Below the pieces are notes generated by a model, which did no database searches, had not been told where the DNA came from, and was given only the letters and a program-made list of their open reading frames with translations. The position numbers were made by a program, and so were the translations under genes. DNA of 63,170 nt, the filler included, from Octopus bimaculoides (Eukaryota): the NCBI RefSeq assembly GCF_001194135.2. It is 8 parts of 8 records of this genome, joined end to end, with 100 filler letters (N's around TTAATTAATTAA, not from the genome) between each part and the next. Parts side by side here need not be neighbours in the genome. Positions count along the whole stretch, not along the records: positions 1 to 7,142 come from NC_068985.1; positions 7,243 to 13,419 come from NC_068988.1; 6 more parts are not named here. One strand, given 5' to 3'. Shown here piece by piece: positions 1 to 11,905 of this stretch; the stretch's first letter is position 1, and each line of letters opens with the position of its first letter.

Positions 1-2128
1 GAAAGTCTTCTTGGGCCAATAGGTGGCGGTAGTGCAGTGCAAGCTACACCCACTGAAAATTATTCGTCTGCACAAGTACTCCTTGTACACCAAATGTTAG
101 TAAAATCTAAAACGTCTCAAACAAATTCAGTAAATGGCAAAAAAGGCTTGGGAACGTCAGGGAAACAGGTCTGGCTTGGCAGTTGTCCTAGTGTATCACA
201 GGCTGGGCCCAGTTGTCATCCTGCCACTGTGGTCAAACAATCTTCAAGAAAAAGTAAAAATAAATATCCTTTGAATTTTGGCTGTTGGAATGTGCATACA
301 CTTCTTGATAATTTGAACAAGAGGCCAGAAAGGCATACTGCACTTATTGTATGTGAGCTTAAGAAATATTCCCTTGATATAGTTGTGCTCTCTGAAACTC
401 GTTTCTCTGGTGAGGGTCAAGTAAATGAAACTACTTAGGGATACACTATCGTTTGGAGAGGCCTAACTAAGGGTCAGCATAGAGAATCTGGTGTTGGGTT
501 TGCTCTCAAGAATACATTAGTATCCCCCATTGCAGAGCTTCCAGGTGGTATATCTGAACGGATCATGTCATGCCATATTAAACTGACAAAATGTATGTTT
601 CTTACTGTTATCAGTATTTATACACCAACAATGTTCCATTCTGATGAGACTGTAGGACAGTTTTATGATGATCTAGCACAATTTCTAAGTCCTTGAACCC
701 AACTCAAACATAGCTTACAGATGGCTGAAAGGGAAAATGCAGACTGCTCTAAAGAAAATTAAACAGGAATGGTGGAACAATAGAACAAAACGGGCATAAG
801 AAGCAGCTGATAGAAATGATGCCAAGGGTTTGTACTCTTATGTTAAGGAGGTATATAGCCCCAAATCTTCTTCTATAGCTCCATTGAGAACAGCAAAAGA
901 TTGTTTGCTTCTATTCATAAGCACTGGGTAGAACGTTTTTCTGCACTTTAGAATAGACTATCATCCGCTTGACATGGAGATAGTAGAAAATATTGAACAC
1001 CTTCCAGTTATAGAAGAGATGGCATTTGAACCAACTCTAAATAACATTTATTTAGATGTGAATAAGCTGAATAACAATAAGTCTGCAGAAGTCTTGAAAT
1101 ATGGGGGTGACAAAATGTTTGAACTCTTAAACACATTAATTTGTCACTGTTGGAAAACTGAGGAAGTGCCTCAAGACTGAATTGATGCCATTTTAATCTC
1201 CTTGTATAAATCGGGGCCAAAGGATCTGTGTGGTAATTTTTGTGGGATTTCATTTTTGTCTGGTTGAAAAGGTACTTGCCCGCATTCTGTTAGAACATTT
1301 AAATACCTTCATAGTTCCAAATATGGTGTCTGAGTATCAGTGTGGTTTACACTCCTCCAGGGGCACAGCTGATTGTATCTTTGCTATCAGACAATTGCAA
1401 GAAAAGTGCCCTATACCATTGCTTTGTTGATTTGAGCAAAGCATTTGATACTGTTAATCGAAATGCTCTGTGGCTAATTCTAAGGAAAATAGGATACCCA
1501 GAAAAATTTGTAAACATGATCAGAGCTTTGCATCAAGATATGAAAGCTAGAGTTAATTTTGGTGGTAGGCTCTCTGAATCTTTTGCCATGGAAAATGGAG
1601 TAAAGTGAGGAGACCTTGATGCACCCACCCACTTTGCTGTTGCGTTGTCACACGCTTTTCAAAACTCTAAGGAGGGTATTTGCATAAAATATCGAACAAC
1701 AGGGAATGTTTTTAATCTGACCAGACTGAAATTCAAAATGAAGGTTTTTACTTCACTCATTGGGGAACTTTTATACACTGACAATTGCCATCTACAATCT
1801 CTTGTATCTGCATTTAACTCGGTTTGTGATGATTTTGGCTTCACCTTCAACTTGAAAAAAAAAACAGTTGTAATATATGAACTTGCCAGTGGTACTATTT
1901 GCAACCCACCTAAAAGTTTTCTTGAAGGTAAGTTACTTGAGGTTGTTAATTCATCTATCTTGGAAGCTCTGTACAAAATGATTGAAATCTGAATAAAGAA
2001 ATACATCTGCTTATTCAAAGGGCAAAACAAGCATTTGGTGGCTTGGAGTCATGTGTTTGGCACCAACAACATATAAATAACAATACAAAATTGACTCTTT
2101 GCAAATCATTTGTCTTACCATCCCTGTT
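1..2128 (+). mobile_element. Degenerate RTE-clade non-LTR retrotransposon (APE endonuclease N-half + reverse transcriptase), internally deleted near 690
   Basis: APE motifs WNVHTL, DIVVLSETR, ESGVGFA; RT motifs YQCG..RGTADCIF, FVDLSKAFDTVNR, GVK*GD, LLYTD (YADD equivalent), VLPSLL. Many stops and frameshifts. Confidence 0.9.
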
Positions 2129-2970
2129 GATGGTCAGTTCAGCTCTCTGCTCCTCTCATGGCCTGAATGCTAGAAACATCTTTCATATCACATTTTCTGA
2201 TCAAAATATAATCTATGAAATGCCAGTGCTTAAATCTTGGGTGCATCCAGGTGGTTTTATATTTATTTTTCTGCTTAAACAGAGTGTTGGTGACAACCAG
2301 ATTATTCTCAGTACAAAAGTCAAAAGAGCTACTCTATTTTTATTACATTTTCCAATCCCATGTCGACCTAAAACAGGCCATGCAATGTAGTCATTTCTAA
2401 CACTTGCGTTGAAATCTCCCAATATGACCAGCTTCTCAGAAATTGGTACTTTCTCAATAATTGTATTAGATCATCAAAAAAATGTCCTAGTTTCATCAGA
2501 ATGAGACCTTCCTCAATAACTGTGCTAGATCGTCATAAAACTGTCCTACAGTTTCATCAGAATGAGACATTATTGGTGCATAGATACTGACAACAGTAAG
2601 AAACTTACCTTTGTCAGTTTTATACGGCATGAGGTGGCGAGCTGGCAAAAACATTAGCACACTGGGCGAAATGCATAGCGGTATTTCGTCTGTCTTTTCA
2701 TTCTGAGCTCAAATTCCACCAAGGTTGACTTTGCTTTTCATCCTTTCAGGGTCAATAAATTAAGCACCAGTTGTGTACTGGGGTTGATCTAATTGACTGG
2801 TCCCTCCCCAAAAATTTCAGGCCTTGTGCCTAGAGTAGAAAAGTTTTATATGACATGACATGATCCATTCAGATATATCACTTGGAAATTCTGGAGTATA
2901 CTAATGTATTCTTGAGAGCAAATCCAACACCAGATTCTCTACACTGACCCTCAGGTAAGCCTCTCCAAAA
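2120..2970 (-). mobile_element. Second RTE fragment (endonuclease domain), inverted relative to the first, interrupted by a SINE
   Basis: Minus strand reads ESGVGFALK...SHSDETVGQFYDDLAQLLRKV...LGDFNA...GRHGIGKCN...TWMHP...IDYIL...TDH; clearly homologous to 455-690 on the + strand. Confidence 0.85.
2631..2843 (+). mobile_element. SINE family B (tRNA-like head plus central GCCTTTCATCCTTTCGGGGTCGATAAA-like motif, resembling Nin/Deu-domain SINEs), with target-site duplication
   Basis: Same sequence recurs >15 times in the window; flanked by AGTTTTTATACGGCATGA / AGTTTTATATGACATGA. Family naming is from memory. Confidence 0.8.
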
Positions 2971-3048
2971 GATAGTATATCCATTAGGAGGTTCATTTAT
3001 TTGACCCTCACCAGAGAGGGTCAAATACATAAAAAAATAAATTATATA

Positions 3049-3096
<48 letters not shown>

Positions 3097-3392
3097 TAAA
3101 AATATACATATATATGCATATAAGAATATATTTAAAAAAAAAACATATATCCATATTTATACATATTTGTTGGATGGCCATTGACTACTCATGAATTCCT
3201 CTGCCCATTGATAGGTCTTATTTTTAATCCCACTGGGTGTCCAGTAATCACCCTCTTCACCAAGCAAGCCTGGTAGGGTTGCCAGTTTAGTCACCAACAA
3301 CTCGACCATGCAACAGGTTGTACTGGATTACATGTTACCAGTAGCACTCAAGAGTGACCTGACACGTGTGTGTGTATGTGTATGTGTATATA

Positions 3393-4655
3393 CAGGGGTT
3401 GGACAAAATAATGGAAACACCTAGCATCGTAATTTTGAAATGTCTATAAAACTGTCAAAATCTTGTTTATTTTTATGTTTTTTGATTTATTATTAGTATT
3501 GCTTAATATGTTTTGCTAAAATTGCTGTTTCTTTTCAGATATCATCAGAAAAAAGTAATTAAATTCATTAAAATGACAGATCTATTGGACTTTCAAAAAG
3601 GTCAAATTGTTGGTGCTTGTATGGCAGGTATTAGCGTAATGAAAACAGCCAAAATGTTTGGTTTATCAAGAAGTACTGTGTCAAAAGTAATGACTACCTT
3701 TGAGAAAGAGCGAAAAACCTCCTTGTCGAAACAAAACTCTGGAAGAAAACCAAAACTTTCAGATAGGGACTGTCAGACTCTTATGCAAATTGTTAGAAAG
3801 GATCACAAAAGTACAGCTACCAAAATTACTGCAGATCTTAATGATCACCTCAAGAACCAAGTTTCCACAAAGCTGTTCAATGGGAGCTGCACAAAGCCAG
3901 ATTTCACGGGAGGGCTGCAATCAGAAAACCACTACTTTATAAAACAAACGTTGCAAATCGTTTAGAGTAGAGTAAAAACCTACAGAGTTGGTCCCTAGAG
4001 CAGTAGAAGAACGTTATTGTCTCAGACAAATCATCCTTTACCTTATTTCTGACTGCTGGCTGAGTGTACATGTGGAGACAGGCAGAAGAAGCATTTAACC
4101 CAGACAGCCTTCTTCCAACTGTTAAACATGGATGAGGATCTGTGATGATGTGGGGTGGCTATATCTTGGAGATCCGCCGGCCCAATGGTTTCCCTTCATG
4201 GCAGAATTAATAGTCAAAACTACTTAAGCAATTTATCTGATCAAATTCATCTTATGTTTGTGGAACTGTTTCCGGGGGGAAACGCAGTCTTTCAGGATGA
4301 TAATGCACCAATTCACACAGCTAAAGTTGTTGCTGAATGATACAAGGAACATTCTAGTGAAGTTGAACAGCTTATGTGGTCACCACAGTCCCCAGATCTC
4401 AATATTATTGATCATTTATGGTGCATTTTAGAAAAACAAGTAAGGAGTTTATATCCTCCACCGTCGTCACTAAAAGAACTGGAGATTGTTTCAGCTGAAG
4501 AATGGACAAAAACTCCTTTGGAAACAATTGAAACTTTGTACAAGTCCATACCTTGTAGAATTCAAGCTGTAATTACTGCCAAAGGCAGTCCTGCCTCATA
4601 TCAAAATAGATTTTTTTGAAAATTTAAGGTGTTTCCATTATTTTTCCAACCCCTG
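3393..4655 (+). mobile_element. Full-length but inactivated Tc1/mariner (DD34E-type) DNA transposon
   Basis: ~30-bp TIRs CAGGGGTTGGACAAAATAATGGAAACACCT / AGGTGTTTCCATTATTTTTCCAACCCCTG, TA on both sides; transposase from ATG 3573 with HTH (GLSRSTVSKV, SGRKPKL), FQDDNAPIH and SPDLNII motifs; stops and frameshift. Confidence 0.95.
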
Positions 4656-4686
4656 TATACACACATACACACACACACGCACACAC

Positions 4687-4743
<57 letters not shown>

Positions 4744-6029
4744 AAACGTAAATTGAAAACAGAACACAAAGGATATCGCGGTACACGTGTTTCAAGCATC
4801 ATACACAATCTGTCATTACATCAATATATATTATTGATATAAAGGATGGTTTAAAGCTATCTTCAGCCGCAAACATTTCCAGTCCCAAGATTAAATCACA
4901 AAGGCAAAAGAAAAAGTCCACTTTGTATTATCCATTATAATAGGTTTATCCTTTAAAGTTATATCTGCATAAATGTTCATTGGATTTCAAAAATCTACCC
5001 ATACTGTACCACAATTCAGCATAGAGTGAATGTTAAATAGATTGGATTATATTTAATTAGTGTGTATAAGATAGAAAGAGAGGATCAAAAGTAAAAAATA
5101 AAGTAAAAGTTTAAAAAAAAAAAAAATAAATAAAATATAAAGTAATAGAAGTCAAATTGAGAGTAATAGAAGTAAAAATAGGGATAATAAAGTTAGATAC
5201 ATATATAAATAAGATTTAGCAAAATTGGAATAAAGTAACAAAAGGAATAAAAGAAATAACCCCATAAAGTAGAAAAAGAGATAAAATACTATAGAGTTGA
5301 GAACAGGATGCTGTCTTGGATGGGATTGTAGTGGTCATAAATAATTTCTTAGCTAGACCACTCGTTGAAATATAGATTAAGGTTGTAATTTGATATGATT
5401 GTGTTGAGTGGACATGGGTACATACACCTACTTAGAAGATAAATAAATAATAATATAAGGGGTAAAAAGAAAATTAGGATTGAAGTTAAAATTAAAAGTA
5501 TGAAGAACAATTATAATAGTATTAATATAGTGATTGGAAAAATATTGTGATTGGAGAAATTTCAGGTCTATCTACTTGTGTAAATTATATGTCACTGGGC
5601 AACTTCTACTATATTCCTATTTTAATTGTTTAGGAATTGTTATATGAAGTTAAAAGAGTCTAGGTACCTATCCACTAATGAATACTAGTATAATATTGCT
5701 ATAAACATTGAAATAATTAGTGTTAGCTAATATGACCTTTGTGTATTGTAGTGTTATTTGAAATTTTAGAGTTAGTGACTAAATTATTTAGATATTTTCT
5801 CTATAAATAAGACTAGAGACCTCGGATTATTAAATATGTGTGTATTATGTGGGGTCAGAATCTAGCTAGGTGAAAGTAAACTGAATAATTAAGTGGTTGG
5901 GGGTAAGTCCAGGAGTTGTTAATTCAATGCCTGAATAGTGGCAGGAGGGATCAGATGAGGGAATTTCCAATGAGAGAAGATCATGAAGTGATTTGAAAGT
6001 AAAAATGGGGACTTAAGGCTTATAGTATT

Positions 6030-6760
6030 TAAAGGTTTTAATCAGTTTATGCATACAAGTTGGTTTGAATTCTGATCTTTTATTAACTAGTTTGTCCTTC
6101 TCAGGAAATCTAATGATTTTCAATAGTTCTAAGGAACATAACTAGCAACCAGTTCTATTATTTTTATAAATCACTGCCGATCCAACTATGGACCATCTAA
6201 GGTTAAAGTTAATATTTCGTCTTTAAGTTCCCATATTCTACATGATAATGAAGTGCTATTAGCCTTATGCTTGAGTCTAAATGATGACCTATGGTTATAG
6301 AACCTAAATTTCCAGGAGGATGAGCAACCAAGGTAGGTGAGAGTATTTGCTTCCGTAATTATTTCACAAGAGTAGACTATGTTTTTTGCTAGGCAGTTTC
6401 CACGTAAAGGACATGTTGTTGTTGCACAATTACACCCAGATTTATAATTGCCAGGCTGTCTAATGCTTGCCTGTGGAGGGTAACTGTTTATAAGAATTGT
6501 TATCTTGGTTACTTCTAGCGTAGTTAGAGTTTACACCTACACTGTCATTACTATTATTGTCATTACCTCTATTGGGAGTTGTTCAAAGTTTCACTACCCC
6601 TATTCTTTCCTCTGTTAATACTGGTGCTATATCTATTAGCCCTATCAACATTATTATTAATTATATTGGAATTGTGACTAGTATAATTATTGCTGTAATT
6701 ACTGTTTGAGGTGGAACTGGTTATTCTATTAGTAGTAGCAGTATCGTTATTTAACCGGAA
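6030..6760 (-). mobile_element. Penelope-like element 3' fragment (Asn/Ser-rich linker + GIY-YIG endonuclease)
   Basis: Minus strand: CNCATTTCPLRGNCLAKNIVYSC...TYLGCSSSWKFRFYNHRSSF...STSLS..IWELK...LRWSIV...C*LCSLE...KLVNKRSE. Confidence 0.85.
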
Positions 6761-6764
6761 GTAC

Positions 6765-7142
6765 TCTAGGATGTCGTGTATAAATGCATAGTGACTTTAA
6801 TGAAAGGGAATAAACATAATGGTTATAATTTAAATAAGATTTATATAGGATCGACTTCTAATAAAATTAAATTACGAGTGGCTCAACATATGCACTCATT
6901 TAAGAATAGAAATTTGATTAATTCTACTGGCCTTAGTAAATATATTTGCAAACTTAAATCTAAAAATATTAACTACATTTTAAAATGGGAGATAGTTTGT
7001 AAGGTGAAATCCTATTGTATAGGTAATAATTGTTGTAATTTATGTAATAATGAATTTAAGTAGATATTTCATTATTATAATACTTTAATTAATTCTTTTG
7101 ATGAACGAAAAATAACATGTAGACATAAATTACTTTATTTAT
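6765..7142 (+). mobile_element. Penelope-like GIY-YIG endonuclease fragment
   Basis: VVYKC...KIYIGSTSNKIKLRVAQHMHSF...STGLSKYICKLK...LKWEIV...CNLC (ORF 6776-7063). Confidence 0.85.
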
Positions 7143-7186
7143 NNNNNNNNNNNNNNNNNNNNNNNNNNNNNNNNNNNNNNNNNNNN

Positions 7187-7198
7187 TTAATTAATTAA
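7187..7198. other. Artificial scaffold linker TTAATTAATTAA inside N-runs (also 13464, 20207, 31016, 38134, 52707, 62029)
   Basis: Identical 12-mer with stops in all six frames, always flanked by N blocks; seven occurrences. Confidence 0.95.
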
Positions 7199-7469
7199 NN
7201 NNNNNNNNNNNNNNNNNNNNNNNNNNNNNNNNNNNNNNNNNNATAAAAACACGTCTTGATACAATATAGCCGAGTGAATTAAGTTCGTTTCGCAACCGTG
7301 AGGTTTCAGGTTCGTTTCCATTACGAGGGGTCTTTGATAAATGTCATTTTCTGTAGACATGGAGAGATCTGTGTCTTGTGAATAAAGTTGGATTGTTGGA
7401 AACTATATAGAATCCCGTCGGACAGATTGTACTTGTATTCCAAAAATTACAACTATTATGCACAGACAA

Positions 7470-7543
7470 GGATGAAAGACCACTGAAAGAATGAAAGACC
7501 ACTGAAGGAATGAAAGACCACTGAAGGGATGAAAGACCACTTT
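7470..7543. repeat. 19-bp tandem repeat (GAAAGACCACTGAA(A/G)G(A/G)AT) x ~3.6
   Basis: Directly visible; continues into a sequence resembling the reverse complement of SINE family B. Confidence 0.85.
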
Positions 7544-8055
7544 GATTTCGGTGGGATTTTAACTCAGTAAGTAAAGCGCTACGGCACAGGCTTACAAATT
7601 TTAGGAGATAGTTTAAATCGATCTTGGGACCCAATCCTCAAATGATTCTGACTCTGTGGTATATGGAAATAGAGTAACACAAACGTATAGCATTGAAAGT
7701 AATTACATAGGGCTTATGGAGAAGAGACTTAAAATACGATATAACCAGGTGGCACATAAGTCACTCACATTTTAATAAGTAGCCTTTCAATACTATCACT
7801 GGAGATCGGAATAAACCAAAATAAACTGTAGAAACAAGGATGACTGTTTGATCATCGCTATCTAAAGCTGCGGAAATGAGTCACGCAAGATCTAATTTCA
7901 CAGCGATACTAAGTTTCTCCTCTTCTTATCATTCGTTTTACTTCTTGTTATCATTCATCGTACGTCCATCCACGCAGGTACAACACTACTAACTATACTG
8001 AATCCTTTCTCTCCAGAGTGTTGTCCTTCTGGAATCTACACGCTACTCTTTTTTT

Positions 8056-8150
8056 TTTACTCTTTTACTCTTTTACTTGTTTCAGTCATTTGACTGTGGC
8101 CATGCTGGAGCACCGCCTTTAGTCGAAGAAATCGACCCCAGTACTACTAT

Positions 8151-8220
<70 letters not shown>

Positions 8221-8368
8221 CCAGTTACTACTTATTCTATCGGTCTCTTATGCCGAACCGCTAAGTTACGGGGACGTAAACACNNNNNNNNNNNNNNNNN
8301 NNNNNNNNNNNNNNNNNNNNNNNNNNNNNNNNNNNNNNNNNNNNNNNNNNNNNNNNNNNNNNNNNNNN

Positions 8369-8399
<31 letters not shown>

Positions 8400-8578
8400 T
8401 ATACATACATATATACGACGGGCTTCTTTCAGTTTCCGTCTACCAAATCCACTCACAAGGCTCTGGTCGGCCTGAGGCTATAGTAGAAAACACTTGCCCA
8501 AGGTGCCACGCCGTAGGACTGAACCCAGAACCATGTGATTGGTAAGCAAGCTACTTACGACACAGTCACTCCTGCGCC
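8056..8578 (-). mobile_element. SINE family A (tRNA-derived head, CORE-like CCTTGGGCAAGT segment), with internal (ACT)n/(GCT)n and a gap
   Basis: Reverse complement of the copy at 10496-10932; many near-identical copies in the window. Confidence 0.85.
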
Positions 8579-8863
8579 TATAACTCCCTATGTCTTTCCT
8601 GTAGGCGTTGGCATGCAACAGCTTAAGCGAAACATTAACGGCATCAACCTCACCAGCTTCAGAGGGTCTGCAAAAGTCATAGGCGCTATTTATGTTCTCT
8701 AGACAGGCAAAAACAAACAAACAAACAAACAAAAAAGCAGATATAAGGAATAAATGCATTCGTATATTTATTTATGTAGTTATTCAAGTACGTATGTATA
8801 TATGCATATACGTAAAACTTTATGTATTTTATAGGTGGCGGGAAATATCTTTGTACGTATGTA

Positions 8864-8898
8864 ACTACTACTACTACTACTACTACCAGAACTACTAT

Positions 8899-8970
<72 letters not shown>
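8864..8970. repeat. (TAC)n microsatellite
   Basis: Direct inspection; source of poly-Tyr/poly-Ser ORFs. Confidence 0.95.
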
Positions 8971-8971
<1 letters not shown>

Positions 8972-9209
8972 GGTGATGGTAGTAGTGGTAGTTAAAGCAA
9001 ACACAATGCCAAAAGGTAATTCTTCAGTGATGTTTATTCTCTTCCCAAATCGAAGAACTTCACTAAAAGATGATTTTTATATTCAATTCTGTTTTCAAAC
9101 GTTTGTTAAAAAAAAAAAAATAAAAATATTTTTTTCACTTGAAATGATTCCAAATAGAATAACTATAATGGCAAGCAACAAGAAAACTGTACGCACAAAC
9201 ACACATACA

Positions 9210-9245
<36 letters not shown>

Positions 9246-9632
9246 NNNNNNNNNNNNNNNNNNNNNNNNNNNNNNNNNNNNNNNNNNNNNNNNNNNNNNN
9301 NNNNNNNNNNNNNNNNNNNNNNNNNNNNNNNNNNNNNNNNNNNNNNNNNNNNNNNNNNNNNNNNNNNNNNNNNNNNNNNNNNNNNNNNNNNNNNNNNNNN
9401 NNNNNNNNNNNNNNNNNNNNNNNNNNNNNNNNNNNNNNNNNNNNNNNNNNNNNNNNNNNNNNNNNNNNNNNNNNNNNNNNNNNNNNNNNNNNNNNNNNNN
9501 NNNNNNNNNNNNNNNNNNNNNNNNNNNNNNNNNNNNNNNNNNNNNNNNNNNNNNNNNNNNNNNNNNNNNNNNNNNNNNNNNNNNNNNNNNNNNNNNNNNN
9601 NNNNNNNNNNNNNNNNNNNNNNNNNNNNNTAA

Positions 9633-9679
<47 letters not shown>

Positions 9680-10495
9680 CATATACATATAGTTAAAGAA
9701 TAACAACAACAATAATTGCAAGAAAACAAACAGAAAAGCAAGTAAATAAAACGAAACGTAAAAAGGAAAAGAAGAAAAAAAACAAAACAAATGAAACACA
9801 ATAATTGCAAGAATTTTGATTCAACATTTTGATAAACGTGTCGCGAAGAAAAATCAAAGACGCCATCTTGCTGAAGGCTTTTCCGATTAGTTTCTAATAG
9901 CTTTACTAAAGATCAAAGATAAAATTTTTAGCTGTGACTTGATCATTGCACACTGTTTATTAGATTCCATTTTGAAAGAGTGAATCGTGTTTGTTCGATG
10001 GTTTCGTCTGTCTGTGCGTATATACCTGTATGTGTCCGTACACGTGCGTGTATACGAGTCTATGTGCAAAGAGGAACAAGTGTCCGTATGTGTAGTGAAG
10101 GTTAGGTTGTTTGTGAAAAATGTGTAATTGTATGTGTGTGTGCGTATGTGTTTATGTATGTGTTCCTATGTGAATAAATGTTCTTAGTTGTTTATGTTAA
10201 ATCATTTTTTTTTAACACCCTGTCAATAACACTTATTACAATGGCTGGAAAATCTACTTTATAAATAAATACTTTCAGGTAAGTTTTTAGATTTTTGTAT
10301 TGTCATTGGTTGTTATTCAACCTCGACTTTCATCCCTGCGGGGTCGATAAAATAGAGTACCAGTCAAGTGTTGGAGTCAATGGTATGGACGAAGAACCCT
10401 TCCCACGAAATGGCTGGCTTTGCGCATAAATCACAAACATTATTATTATTACTATTATTGACCCAGGAAAAAAAAAACTATCGTATAGGCGTATA

Positions 10496-10660
10496 GGCGT
10501 AGGAGTGGCTGTGTGGTAAGTAGCTTGCTTACCAATCACATGGTCCCGGGTTCAGTCCCACTGTGTGGCACCTTGGGCAAATGTCTTCTACTATAGCCTC
10601 GGGCCGACCAAAGCCCTGTGAGTGGATTTGGTAGACGGAAACTGAAAGAAGCCCGTCGTA

Positions 10661-10711
<51 letters not shown>

Positions 10712-10932
10712 ATGTGTTTGTGTGTCTGTATTTGTCCTCCCAACATCGCTTGACAACCGATGCTGGTATGTTTACGTCCCCGTAACTTAGCGGTTCAGCA
10801 AAAGAGACCGATAGAATAAGTACTAGGCTTCCAAAGAGTAAGTCCTGGGGTCGATTTTCTCGACTAAAGGCGGTGCTCCAGCATGGCCACAGTCAAATGA
10901 CTGAAACAAGTAAAAGAGTAAAGAGTAAAGAG
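10496..10932 (+). mobile_element. SINE family A, near-complete copy
   Basis: Head GGCGTAGGAGTGGCTGTGTGGTAAG...GGTTCAGTCCC (A/B-box-like), internal (TA)/(TG) tract, tail (AAGAGTA)n. Confidence 0.9.
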
Positions 10933-10942
10933 TATTATTGTT

Positions 10943-11152
10943 AGGGCGATGAGCTGGCAGAAGCGTTAGCGAGTAGAAGATATTTAGCAGTATTTCGTCC
11001 GTTACTACACTCTGAGTTCAAATTCCACCGAGGTCTGCTTTGCCTTTCATCCTTTCGAGGCCGATAAATTAAGTACCAGTGAGACTCGGGGTTGATATAA
11101 TCGACTATCCCCCCTCACCGAAATTTCAGGCCTTGTGCCTATAGTAGAAAGG

Positions 11153-11196
<44 letters not shown>

Positions 11197-11861
11197 TAAG
11201 GTGGTGAGCTGACAGAATCGTTAGCACGCTGAACAAAACATGCTTAGCAGTATTTCACCCATCGCTACAAATATATAAAAAGACAACGCTCATTATTATA
11301 TTAGGAGATTATGCGTACATTTTAACACTTTACAGTATACTTACATATATACATAATTCTCTACATCGATCTAAAACAACAGGATTACTAAAGGAAGACC
11401 GGAATTTAAGACCACGATACAGTATGCATTTCATTACAATTATAATTTTTATGTTGACTTATGTTTCTCTACCAAAGTTCCTGTTGTATTTCAGCCAGTG
11501 TTTCTAAAACTTCTGCGTAGTGACTCCTAAAGACTTATCGACATGTGTACGCTCAAGTCATGCACAAATTTTCCTTACCCAAACGATACACACAGAGCAT
11601 TACAAACACGACCTGCACACCCACTTGCAAATTCCATAATTCCCATTGGGATCGATCAGGTACCAGACAAGGTATATGGGGTATTTTTCCGTTTGAGAGT
11701 GATCGGGTTCATTTTTAGTATTCTCGTTTGTGAGGGCAGTCGATTTTATTTCAGATATTCTCATTTTAAAAATCATCTCCGATTAATCGTTGAGAGGGCG
11801 TTGGTGTTGCGTTGGCGGAGGTTTGCGCGTTCTGAGTGCTCTGATCATTATTATCGTTATT

Positions 11862-11905
<44 letters not shown>

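Noticed and set aside
2580-2600. Perfect minus-strand donor AAG|GTAAGT
   Set aside because: It lies within the inverted RTE endonuclease sequence; no associated exon.
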